In this document: piece by piece, positions 1 through 10,766 of the stretch
Numbering within the stretch: the first letter of the stretch is position 1
How the letters are laid out: each line of letters starts with the position of its first letter
Source of the DNA: Thelocarpon superellum
Lineage: Eukaryota
DNA: 64,000 bases
Assembly: GCA_026025795.1 (NCBI GenBank)
Contig: JAPEUG010000053.1
Span: 1 to 64,000 of the forward strand
Direction: 5' to 3'
Notes under the pieces: model-generated
Databases searched by the model: none
Told to the model about the DNA's origin: nothing
The model's input: the letters and a program-made list of their open reading frames with translations, nothing else
Translations under genes and position numbers: made by a program

Positions 1-93
1 CGGACATGGGCGGAGCGGGGCCGGAGCGTTTGGGGAGTGTGGCTGCGGGCTGCGATGGCGGGTGTGATTGGGCGTGGGCGTGGGCGTGGGCAG

Positions 94-127
<34 letters not shown>

Positions 128-2576
128 CTGCGCCTGCGCCTGAGCTTGTACCTGAGCCTGGGCATGTGCTTGAGCCTGAGCAGCCACGGTGGCCGCTTGC
201 GCGGCCGCTTGCTGCGCGGCTTGTTCGCCTTTCTTCGCCCGATCCTTGGCCTCCCGGTCGTGTCGCGCCTTGGCCGCCCGGTCCTTCCGCTCCCTCTCCT
301 CGCGCTCCTTCTTCTGCCGCGTCTCGCGCTCACGCGCTTCCCGCTCATCGCGTTCCTTCTTCCGCGCCTCCTCGCGCTTCTTCTTCCCCAACTCCTTCTG
401 CTCTCGCTGCTTGCGCTCTGCCTCGGCTTGCCGCTCCCGCTCTTCCTGGAGACGCTTGGTCCGCTCGGCCTCCTTTCGCGCCCGCTCGTCCTCCTGCGCC
501 TTTTTCTCGGCCTCGCGGCGCTTCCGCTGCTCCTCCTTCTTCGAGCGGATCTCCTCGGCCTTCTTCTCCTCGACGGCGCGGGCGGCAGCCTCCTCGGCCG
601 CCTTCTCGGCATCCTTGCGGGCCTTCTCCTCGTCCTTGGCCTGCTTCTGCAGACGCTTCTTGTCCTTCTTCTTCTGCGCCTCCTTGGCCTTCTTCTGTTC
701 TCGCTCCACGTCGAGGCGCGTCTCCTCTTCGAGCTCCTCGAGCAGCTTCCGTTGTCGCTCCTGCGCCACCTTTTCGCGGTAGGCGGTCAGGACGCGCTGC
801 TCGAACATGCGGGCGGCGAAGATCTGAAACATGCGGCGGCCCTCTTCCATGCGCTGCTCCTCGGTCATGTCCTGCCCAGGGTCAGCGGCGCGTGCGGCGG
901 AAGGCAGCGGGTCACGGACCATCTCCTCATCGTCGTAATCATCGTCCTCCTGGCTGTCGTACGCATCCTCTTCCTCTTCGTCGTACTCGTCCTCGTCGAG
1001 CTGCGGCGGGTGGTTGTGCCCGGCGTGACCGTGCATATTCAGCGAGGGATGGGCGAGGCCCGAAGCGACGTATTGGGCCTCCTCCTCGCGCTGCATGCGA
1101 CGCTCGGCCAGTTGCTCCATCATCTCGATGAACTTCTTGCCGTCATTCTTGAGCAGGTCGTCCGCGACGGTCAAGATGCCGCCTGTCCGGGCACGTTAGC
1201 ATGCATCCGAACGACGCGAGGGGGGACGCGAGGTGGGCGCACCTTGGACGGTGAGATTATTGCCAAAATTGAAGAAGTCGGCGGCGGGGCCTCGTGCCTC
1301 GTCGTCGGGATCATCGTCGCTATAGTCTTCCTCGTCATCCTCCTCGTCACTGTAGTCCTCTTCCTCGAGCTCATCGTCCTCGTCGGCGGCCGCCCCGTTG
1401 AGCCGCGCCTTGGACGCGACGCGCGGTGGCATGCCCGGATGGAGCCGGTACTGTCGTGGGGGTGGCACGGGCGTCATGCCGTCGTCGATGCGGGTTTGAC
1501 GCTGATTGGCATACTGCTCGAGCTCCTCGTAGTAGGCGTCGTAGAGCACCTCGAGCTCCTCCTCGATGGCCGTGCGTTTCCGGCCGCAGACAGTGCAGCT
1601 ACAGGAATGTTTCTGCTGCTCCTTCATCTTGCGCAGCACCGCCTCCTTCTCGACCTTGACGAGGGAGCGTCGGTCCTCTTCGCTCAAGGAGAGCCAGAAC
1701 TCCTTGATACGCTCGCGTTCTTCTTGGGTGGACGTGTTCCAGATACGGTCGCGGGAGATGGCGTGCGCGGGGCGGGCGGGGGCATTATTGAGCAGCGGTG
1801 GTGGCGGCGGAGGCGGTGGGCGCGTCTGTGCCGCCGTGGAAGCGATGGATGTGCCGTTCGAAACAGCGGCCGGGGCCGCAGCATTCTTGGCCTTCTTCTT
1901 CTTCTTGGATTTCTTGCCGGTGGTACCACCGGTAAGGAAGTTGGGCAGGGCGTGTCCATTTGCCGGGAGATTGCCGGGGTCGTAGGGGCCTTGATAGAGC
2001 TGACCGTCTTCGTCGCTGTAGTAGAGGTCGTCGCCGTCGACCCCGTCGTCATCATCAAAGTCTTGGTCGACGTAACTCAGGTGATTGTGGACTGCGGACG
2101 GGTTCGCGGACAGCCGGTAGGGGTCGAGCGAGGCATTGGCGTGTCCGTTCCGCAGGTAGGGGTCTACCGCGACGTGTTCGCCGTGCGCGGTGCCATGCCC
2201 TTCGGCCGCCTGTCTCGCGGCCTGCTTCTCCCGTCGCTTTTGTTTCTTACGATTGACGCCTCCGCTGCCGGTGGCATTGGCGGCGGCGGAGCTCGACGCT
2301 TTGGTAGCGGCAGCCATGTCAGCGAGGGCAGCGTGAGGATTTATCGCTCGGGTCGCCGCAGTCGCGTTGGCGGCGTCGGTCGATGATTTCTGGACCGTCA
2401 TGTACTTGGAACCATCCTCGTCGGTGTAGGTGGCGTTCGGTTTGGTCGGGGGCGCGGGGACGCGGGAAGTGGGCCGCGATGGGTTCGAGGGTATGCCGAT
2501 CCAGCCTGCGAAGGGTCAGTCAGTTCGTGGGGAGATGCGACTGACACGGCCGGCGCGTGCGTCACTCACCACGCAT
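1..2576 (-). CDS. NST1: Stress response protein Nst1 (3' end lies outside the window)
   Basis: Conserved Nst1 blocks [92 protein letters not shown] and [25 protein letters not shown]. Inferred GT-AG introns 2569-2506, 1242-1183 and 919-872. The start at 2576 is less certain than the gene identity. Confidence 0.92.
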
Positions 2577-3941
2577 CTAGGATGGGGATGATTCGACCCA
2601 GGTTCAGGGTCGGAGAGACTAGATTTCGTGCTGGGGAGAGCGAGGGGCGAGGGGCGGGGGCGGGGGCGAGGGACGAGGGGTGAGGGGTGAGGGCACCGGC
2701 CAGGACGGACGGCACCGACCAGCACGACGACGGCGCGCAATGGCGAGAGGGCACTGGGGATGGAGTGAACCTACGGAGCTGGGTAGAGCGAGGTCGAGGA
2801 TCATCCAGCAAGGACCAGTACCCCTCCCCAGGGCGGGACGGAGGCAGGAGGTGCGGCGCGGGACCGGGGCGGCGGTGGGACCAAGGGAGGGAGATCGTGT
2901 GGGCCGGGGAGATGGCGAGGCCGGTGCGACCGAGGAGTCCAATGCCTCGTCGTCACCCGGATGTGGTCGAAGGAGCGATGAAGTCGAATGTGGTCGTATG
3001 CAGTTGAGGCTCCGCTGCAGTGAAGGTGGAGGTTTGATATGCACGAGCGCTGCGTCGACGGGGTGAAACCGACTTAGCTCTTTCGGTCTTGGCCTCTTCA
3101 CGAAAACTAGCGGCGCTCGAGTGGTGAGTGGCGAGTGGAAAGTGGTGAGTGGTGGTGAGCGGCGAGGGTGAGCTGGGCTCGTGTGATTGGATGGCAGAGA
3201 AGCGCGCTTGCGAGGCGTCTGGCTGCCGGCTGATGAGCGAGGTGTATGGAGCGGCGCTGTCGGCAGTCGGTGGAGGCGTTGTCTAGATGAACAACACAAG
3301 ACCGATACTCGTCCAGAGATACTCTATGTCGCTTACCAGGTTACTCGTGCGAAGGACAAGTAGCAGCGTCAGTATTGGTACCGGTATGGGTAACGGTACG
3401 TAAAGGCACGCCCACGCTCAGGTCCTTGGTCAGTCTGCACGGCAACTACTTGTACGGCGATCTGCAAGGGTCGACGACGCGAAGCGAAGGGTCGAAGGAG
3501 TCACATCGACGCTCCTGTTCCAGCCTCTACACTGGTGTGTCTACCGACAATCGCTCTCACACTACGGAGTACTTGTAGCACGCTGTGTTACGGAGTAACT
3601 ACTACTCTACGGATTCTTAGACAGGACGAAAATTCCACAATTCTGTCCCTGTGGATTGGGAGTCACCTTGCTCGCTGACCTCTATCCAGCCATGGCTGCG
3701 CAGCGCCAAGACCCGGCTGACTAATGTCGCTTACTAACGTTACTGGAGCTCCCACGCCTACCACCCTCGCCTGCCTGGTTTATGCCCTAAGTCACCTATC
3801 AACCCATCGATCAATCAGTTGCACCTTCCTACTTCCCAACATCGCTACGCAACATTGATATGTCTACACAGCCCTGGTAAGTGAGAGGTCATTTCAAAAA
3901 CATCATCCTTTCTGTCTGTGCAGCTTCACTCGTTAGCCATC

Positions 3942-5027
3942 ATGGCCCGACTAATCTTTGACGTCTCGCCACCTAAGACCACCTCGGCGTGGAACCAAGC
4001 CCCTTCCGACTTCCTCTGCTCTACACCCGTCCACCAAGCGCTCATGTCTCAAGTAGACGTGCCTGTGACGACCGAGATGCTCCAATGTAGCCAGTTCATG
4101 AGCCCAGTCGAAACCGGCGACACCACCATGGCGATCTATTGCGAACGCGTGTATGGCGAGAAGCGGAGAAAGGTTGAGATCATTCAGCCTTCGCCAACGT
4201 TCCAGAAAGTGGTTCGCCATGCGCGAGAAGAGGCCACGAGGTCGGCCACGAGGTCGATGGAGCAACGATTCGCCGAGATGGAGGCGGATATGGCAATGAT
4301 GAAGGCAGAGCTGGCAACGATGCCGAGCATGAAGGCAGAGCTGGCAACGATGCCGAGCATGAAGGCAGAGCTGGCAACGATGCCGAGCATGAGGGCAGAG
4401 CTGGCAAAGATGCCGAGCATGAGGGCAGAGCTGGCAAAGATACCGAGCATGAAGGCAGAGCTGGCAAAGATACCGGGGATGGAGGCAGAGCTGGCAAAGA
4501 TACCGGGGATGGAGGCAGAGCTGTCAGGTCTCAAAGTGACCCAAGTCCGTCAGTTCAAGTTCTTCACGGACAACCTTGCCCTGGCTCTGGCCAGGATGCT
4601 TGACCGTCGCATGTCGAAAAAGGACAAGGACACCGCCACAGCCAAATACAACGCCAAGGGCAAGGGCAAGGATAAGGCCATGGACAAGGCCAAGATCAAG
4701 GCCAAGACGACGGATGACAACAACATCGAGCACGACAATGTCCGCCTGGTTCGGTTTGCGAGTACGCTCACAGCCAAAGACCTCGCGAAATACAACATCC
4801 CAGCCAAGTACCTAAAGTGCTTGAAGGGCTTGGACAACCATCGATCTGCAAGGAATGATGGTGGCCACGAGACACAAGAGCCTCTGGCAGCGCTACTTGT
4901 GTCGGACGCCTTCATCAACACTCCAGAATTCAACTTCTGGTCACCATTACTCGAGATTGTGCACGGCCAGACGACGGAAGAGCTTGCAGAGGAGTTTAAG
5001 AAGCATCACATCGACGAGTACTCCTAG
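3942..5027 (+). CDS. Orphan protein with 10-aa tandem repeats (coiled-coil-like) and a C-terminal RNxxxH motif
   Basis: Uninterrupted 361-codon ORF from ATG 3942. Repeat MKAELATMPS occurs about 7.5 times. RNDGGH is at 4851-4868. Confidence 0.75.
   Translation: MARLIFDVSPPKTTSAWNQAPSDFLCSTPVHQALMSQVDVPVTTEMLQCSQFMSPVETGDTTMAIYCERVYGEKRRKVEIIQPSPTFQKVVRHAREEATRSATRSMEQRFAEMEADMAMMKAELATMPSMKAELATMPSMKAELATMPSMRAELAKMPSMRAELAKIPSMKAELAKIPGMEAELAKIPGMEAELSGLKVTQVRQFKFFTDNLALALARMLDRRMSKKDKDTATAKYNAKGKGKDKAMDKAKIKAKTTDDNNIEHDNVRLVRFASTLTAKDLAKYNIPAKYLKCLKGLDNHRSARNDGGHETQEPLAALLVSDAFINTPEFNFWSPLLEIVHGQTTEELAEEFKKHHIDEYS
4299..4523 (+). repeat. 30-bp coding tandem repeat, 7 full units plus a partial unit
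   Basis: Unit ATGAAGGCAGAGCTGGCAACGATGCCGAGC, with gradual drift along the array. Confidence 0.95.
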
Positions 5028-5409
5028 AAAAATGAAGAGGAGTTTCAAGGTATGCTACAAGCCCGAGATCCTTCTTACGTCTTCCTTGCTCTCATTGCGT
5101 GACCAGCGAATCATGTCAAGGCTGACTGTCATTTGTTCCAGTTGTGCTAGCCTTCAACAAGGGGAGGTCTGCGATGTGGCCAAAGGACGCCTTTGCGAAA
5201 TGCTAGAAGACGACAAGGATTTCGGAGACAAGGCTGGATACCTTCGACAGACTCCAGATCTGCCAACGGCATCACGACAACAGATACGAACGACGGAGGC
5301 CAACGACGAGCGGCGACACGGACGACGGGAGAACAGTATTAAGGGCTGCGCCTTTTCTTTTGCTGTGGGCTGCTGTGTACCTATTAAATACGAGTATGAC
5401 TTGTCTATG

Positions 5410-6872
5410 AACTTTGCGCTGATCCTCGCGCATCTCGACCCAGACCGCCAACTCTATGTCAACCTGGATGTGTCGAAAGAGTTCGGCTTCGGCGCACACG
5501 TCTTCCACGCGGACGTGAGGACGGGCAACAGCGACACTGACGAAGTTGGCTGCAGTCAACGCCGCTGCGGCGAACACCGCTGGTACAACCACCAACGAAC
5601 GAGGCGACGTTGATCGCTGACAACATCGTTGCCGCACACCCGGCCGTACCGCTGGTGCGAATCGACGGCTATCGCCTGAGCTTGATTGACGTGAAAGACG
5701 CCGTCGCTTTTGCCGCGCTCGAGATGAGGCGATTGTACAGCGCCAACTGTCAGCTGCCATACATCTGGGTCGGAGATGCGGCTCTCGTTTGACTGCACTG
5801 TGGCTACTCGCTCCTCGGTGTGAACAACTGGAAGCTCGAGCAACAACTTGTCGGCCCACTCCACGTCGTGGAATGTGTAGGACACCTGGCGTATCGCCTG
5901 GACATTCTGTCCAACTGGAAGATCCACGACATGATCGCTGTGGCTCACCTTGAACTGGCTACGATGGTAGCCGACAACCTTTACCACCAGCCATGTCCAG
6001 GAACAGAACATCTGCGTATGGTCATGGTCAGCGGCGAACATGAGTAGGAGATCGAACAGATCCTCTACGAGCGAACACAACCACGAGGACATGGATCATT
6101 CACAGGATACCTTATACACTGGAAGGGCTACAGGCCAGAGCACGACACGTAGTACTTGTCGAGGGCCCTGGGAAATGCACACAACCTTGTCAACGATCTT
6201 GAGGCAACGAATGCGCCCACGCTGGACATACCAGCAACGACAGGATGTATGTCTGTCGTCACTATAGCTCTCCCATCGCTACACCATCGCCACAGCGATT
6301 GTTATGATGTGTTGCTGGCATTGCCATTGAGGCGATAGCCTTTTCAGAAGGGGGGGGGGTTGCTATACACATTTGTATGACATACAGTCGTCTCAAGATC
6401 ACAGGATGAAGTCCGGTGACCACGGTGCGACCGCATAGATGTTGCGCCGGCAGGATTCGGTGTGGATAATATCAAGGCTAACTATAAAGCCCTGCTTGGG
6501 TCTACCCATGGTAAATGGAGGGAGAGTATACAGACTGGTGTAGGAGCGCGCCCGTGATCTGGTCACGTGCCCACTCCTAGCACTATCCCGACTACGCGTA
6601 GATTAGCAATTCAGCTCTGATTCCTACACTGGCATGATTCCTATCACCGCAGGCTCTTTTTTGACACTCGACTTTTACTGGGGCTAGCACAGGGTACTAG
6701 CGAGTCGCTAGTAGCGACATAAGGCTCAACTAAAGCTCTAGGCACATGTGTAACTGGAGGTTCAACTCTAGCGACCCGTATTTCGTGCCGTGCGTAAGTG
6801 AAGCTCCGTCCCAAGACTGCTTGCCTATAAGCACTTGATGTAGTTGATTCTGTGCCTGGAGATCTAGCAACA
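5410..6872 (+). mobile_element. Internally deleted Ty3/Gypsy chromovirus remnant (RNase H fragment, integrase C-terminus, chromodomain, PPT, 3' LTR)
   Basis: LAHLDPDRQLYVNLDVSKEFGFGAHVFH is RNase H-like. KLEQQLVGPLHVVECVGHLAYRLD..WKIHDMIAVAHLE matches the integrase GPY/F region. *EIEQIL..YLIHWKGYRPEHDT* is chromodomain-like with stops. A purine tract at about 6346-6359 precedes the LTR. Confidence 0.85.
6358..6872 (+). repeat. Putative 3' LTR of the Gypsy remnant (about 515 bp)
   Basis: Follows the G-rich PPT. Its termini (G)GTTGCTA ... TAGCAACA are inverted repeats apart from the first base. There is no partner LTR in the window. Confidence 0.65.
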
Positions 6873-7930
6873 GCCTACAATTGCCTTCTCTCCATGCCTC
6901 TAGCCTCTTGTCCTATTGTCTAGATCATAACTATTTAGTGAACCAAGTGCCTAGGCTGTGGCTCTCATTAAGCATTCAGGTAAGGATACCTAGAGCTTTA
7001 GTTGAGCCTCAGGTCACAGCACCGCATAGTGCGTGCGTTATCATCGTAGTGCGTGTCTGTATACTCTCCCCACGAGTTCCAGTCATTCCACCGAGCGAAG
7101 CCGGAAGATATTTAGCGGCGGGCGGTACTTCGTACTAACGACGAGCATGGCTTACAGAGCACCACGTAGTGAAGTAATGAACGATGGCTACGTAGAGCTG
7201 GGCTCCATTACTGAAGCCCGGCAGGCGATGCAGCGAGGAGCATGCTGCTTCGGACCCCCTCTCCGTCGTCGCCCACAGCTTGTTCATAGCTCCACTTTTC
7301 CGCCACAGGTGACAAGGGAGTGCCCATCTGATCTTCCGCGCATGGTAGATACAACCTTGATTCGACATTCTCCTCACGCACCTGAATTCGCCTTGGGAAG
7401 ACCTTTCCGCAGCCAACGGGCCGTCCTTGTACTCGTCCTTCGCCCAGCGACCGTTCATCCTGCCGACACCGGTGAGGGAGCGTTTCGGCTTCGCCATCGT
7501 CAGACCCCATCCGCACGCTGCATCTTGGTCTGACACTGCACCTCTAACGCTCCGGTCGCTTGAATCGTTAACCTTCTACCCCTCCGTCCACGTTTTTGTC
7601 CTTTTCTCCCCACCGAATTCAACGGGCTTAGGTGCATCACCATCCTTTTGGGCGAGCAGCCAGGAAGCAGGCGCCGGCGATCCCCGCACTGCCGGATTGA
7701 CACCACGACCGCCCCCTGCTCCGTGCCCCACGCTCGACGCTTGCGAGCCGCGGGTCCTCGACTCGTCCCATCTTTTGGACGGCGGTCCGCAGACGGTCAC
7801 TGACTGTTCCATGACGGCATAAATCGCTGTCGTCGCGGCCACAGCATCCAGACCCCTGGACCCAGCGCCCTCCTTCTCCCCATCCACGACTCGGCCGAAG
7901 GCCATTGATCCAGCGCGATCGTCCGACACG

Positions 7931-8810
7931 ATGGCTCAGCAACAAGCGGCTCCGAACGTGATGCGACGGTGGGTCTCGACCTCTTTCCGTGCTCGTGTCC
8001 GCGCCAGCATGGCGTCTCCAGGCCATGAGCGAGGCGGTGCTGATTGCGACAGGAAATTGGTCATCATTGGCGATGGTGCATGTGGCAAAACCAGTCTTCT
8101 GAGTGTCTTTACGCTGGGTTACTTTCCCTCGGTAAGATGGAGAGTTGGGAGATGGATGCCGTGTGGGGAGAAAAGAGTGCTGATGACGTGACAGCACTAT
8201 GTCGGTCCACCCTCGTCGGCAATGGGGTGAAGGAGGCACTGACCGGGCCCATGGCCACGTAGGTACCGACCGTTTTTGAGAATTACGTGACGGACTGTCG
8301 GGTGGATGGGAAGTCGGTACAGCTGGCCTTGTGGGATACGGCGGGACAAGAAGATTACGAGCGACTACGGCCGCTGGCATACTCCAAGGCCCACGTCATC
8401 CTAATTGGCTTCTCCATCGACACGCCGGATTCGCTGGAAAACGTGAAGCAGAAGGTTAGAGGGCGAGGGCGAGGACGAGTGGCGGCACGTATGATCCTGA
8501 TGGGGCTAACGTTTCGCAGTGGGTGGAAGAAGCAAATGACCGGTGTCCAAATGTGCCCATCATCCTCGTGGGGCTCAAGAAGGACCTGCGCGGTGACCCG
8601 ATGGCGATCGAAGAGATGCGGAAGAAATCGTTACCCTTTGTCAGCTTCAAGGACGCCAACGACATGGCTCACCAGATCGGCGCCCGCCGCTACCTGGAAT
8701 GCTCGTCGTTGACAGGCGAGGGCGTCGACGACGTCTTTGAGGCAGCCACGCGTGCAGCATTGTTGACCTTTGAGAAGGACGAACGTGGGGGATGTTGCGT
8801 GATTTTATGA
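7931..8810 (+). CDS. RHO2: Rho-family GTPase Rho2
   Basis: [56 protein letters not shown] and C-terminal GGCCVIL CAAX. Exons 7931-7968, 8053-8131, 8195-8200, 8263-8454, 8520-8810. Confidence 0.95.
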
Positions 8811-9034
8811 GGCGGGGGATGGATGAAGAGGAGTGTCGCCTTCGCCTACGACTGCATCCGGCGGCGTTATCTGTGCTTGCTTCTTCCTCGAGAGGCGGAT
8901 GGGGTGAGACCCCAATCCCCCAGGCTCAGCTTCGCTTCTTTCTACTATACGACGATCCTTTTTACCTGCAAGCCCGCTCCCTAATTTCTCCACCTCGCTG
9001 TCTTCTCTCCATTGAATCCTATCTTCTCCGCGCG

Positions 9035-9038
<4 letters not shown>

Positions 9039-9095
<57 letters not shown>

Positions 9096-9104
9096 TCTCT
9101 CTCT
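9039..9104. repeat. (CT)n microsatellite in the RHO2 3' region
   Basis: Directly visible CT run with one CA interruption. Confidence 0.95.
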
Positions 9105-9476
9105 TTTGATCCTGCTACTCCTTCTCTTCCCTTTCTGGTGTCGGCGATTGGGTAGTGGTTTCTTTTACTCTGCTTCAGTTGGCCTCGTTCTTATCCTTGT
9201 TGATATCTTTGGAGAGGCTTTTCAAGTGCGAAACCAGCAAGCAAGCCAACGTGTGAAACAGGTTGACAGGCGGCTAGGTAGCTCGATAGGTGGGCACGCG
9301 GGGGTTACCAACGGTCGGCAAATAGGCTGGGAGGCAGGCTGGACGAAAGCAATTCATACGGGTATACAGACACCGTCGACCCCGTCGACCCCGTATACAA
9401 GTCTCCACAGTCCACTTTACACATCCCACACATCCCACACATCCCACACCGTCACAAGAGAAAGCACGCCGGTTTG

Positions 9477-10196
9477 TCAACGGCACCACTCCGCATTCCA
9501 CGGCCTAGAGGCAGGCCACTCGGTCTGAACTCTAGTCGCTTCCACCGGCCACCCCGCGGGCCCTGGGCCATAAACACCCCATTTCAGCATCGCCCTCCGA
9601 TACAACCATCCCGCATCGCCCTCGAGCGTGCGCAACGCCTCACACGCCTCGTACATACTCCCCTGCATCCGCTGCAGCTCCGTCTGCCGCGCGTGCCGCT
9701 CGCGTCGCCGCAGCACCTGCCACGCCCTATGGATCGTCCAATGGCGCAGTGATCGGAGTCGCGAGAGCCGCAGTGGGCGTGGCGTCAGGGGATGCGTGAG
9801 GTGGTACCGGATGAGTGCTGTATTGCGTCAGTATCACTAACAGTCTTCCGGTGAAGGAAGGGGGGGAGGAGAAGGGACAAGAGGACGTATCGTACTGATT
9901 CGCTTATCCGGTCTGATCCGCTTCGATTTCGACGACGCGAGCTGATGCCGTGTGCTACTTGAAAAGGACGCCGACGCCGTGGTAGGTGTGGGTGCGGACT
10001 TTGCTCTCGGCCGCGCGATGCTTCGTGTATGCCCGAGTCGAGCTAAGGCGGGCCTGGAAAGACAGAAAGCTCGTCGTGGTGCAACGCGGCCGATTGCATG
10101 ATGTGAAGCCGAAGGAAAGCCAAAGGAGAAGGGCGCCACCGATCTGACGGGGAGGGAAATGAGGGAGACAAGGGAGGAGGGTACTGGTCTCGTCAT
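9477..10196 (-). CDS. MRPL28: Mitochondrial large-subunit ribosomal protein mL40 (yeast MrpL28 family)
   Basis: After removing intron 9895-9818: LIRYHLTHPLTPRPLRLSRLRSLRHWTIHRAWQ...MYEACEAL. The Arg/Ser-rich N-terminus resembles a mitochondrial presequence. Confidence 0.8.
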
Positions 10197-10354
10197 GATG
10201 GGTTTTCTTTCTCCCGATGTCTAATTGGGAGCGATGGAGAAGGTGTACGGCAGCAGTTGTCTCGATCGTGCAAGAACCACGCTAGAGCTGGTCAAGGGTT
10301 GGAGTTATACGAGGAACTTCGCTGCACCGTGAAATTTAGGGAGCGCGCTCATAC

Positions 10355-10476
10355 CACGTGACGTTCGCTTGCAGAACAGCGCGACATACGTGTGGAGCGT
10401 GGACGAACTGACGGGACGGTGTGGTGACGATGACTGTTAGGAATAACATAGTAGCTGCGCGGCCCCAGCACGTGAC
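10355..10476. promoter_or_regulatory. Two CACGTGAC E-boxes (Cbf1/bHLH-type) upstream of the mL40 gene
   Basis: Exact motifs at 10355-10362 and 10469-10476. Function is inferred only. Confidence 0.35.
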
Positions 10477-10766
10477 TTAGCATCGCAGTGGAGCAGCGCT
10501 GGCCCCGGGGACTACAATCCTACAGTCAATCAATGGGCCTCTCGCTGCTGGTCTCCCCACCCGATCGCGCGAGCGCTGTAACAACGACGTACGAATACAC
10601 TGCTGCGGCGGACGGTGCCGCCGTGTGTGCATTTGGTCCTCATCTCTCCATATCGAGATGGGTCAAGTCGAGGTAACGAGATCCCACCAGAAGTCCTGAT
10701 ATCTGGATAGGTTCAAGATACTCATGAGTCATTATGAAAAGAGGTATAGTATGAGAGAGGCTTTAA

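Noticed and set aside
68..2386. 772-aa Leu-rich plus-strand ORF
   Set aside because: Antisense shadow of NST1. GC-rich codons and two 3n-length introns (60 and 48 nt) keep the opposite frame open.
4299..4523. Regular 30-bp repeats as a CRISPR array
   Set aside because: No spacers, in-frame coding repeat, eukaryotic context.
4855..5613. 252-aa ORF overlapping the orphan gene
   Set aside because: A chance frame whose only recognisable part is a Gypsy RNase H fragment.
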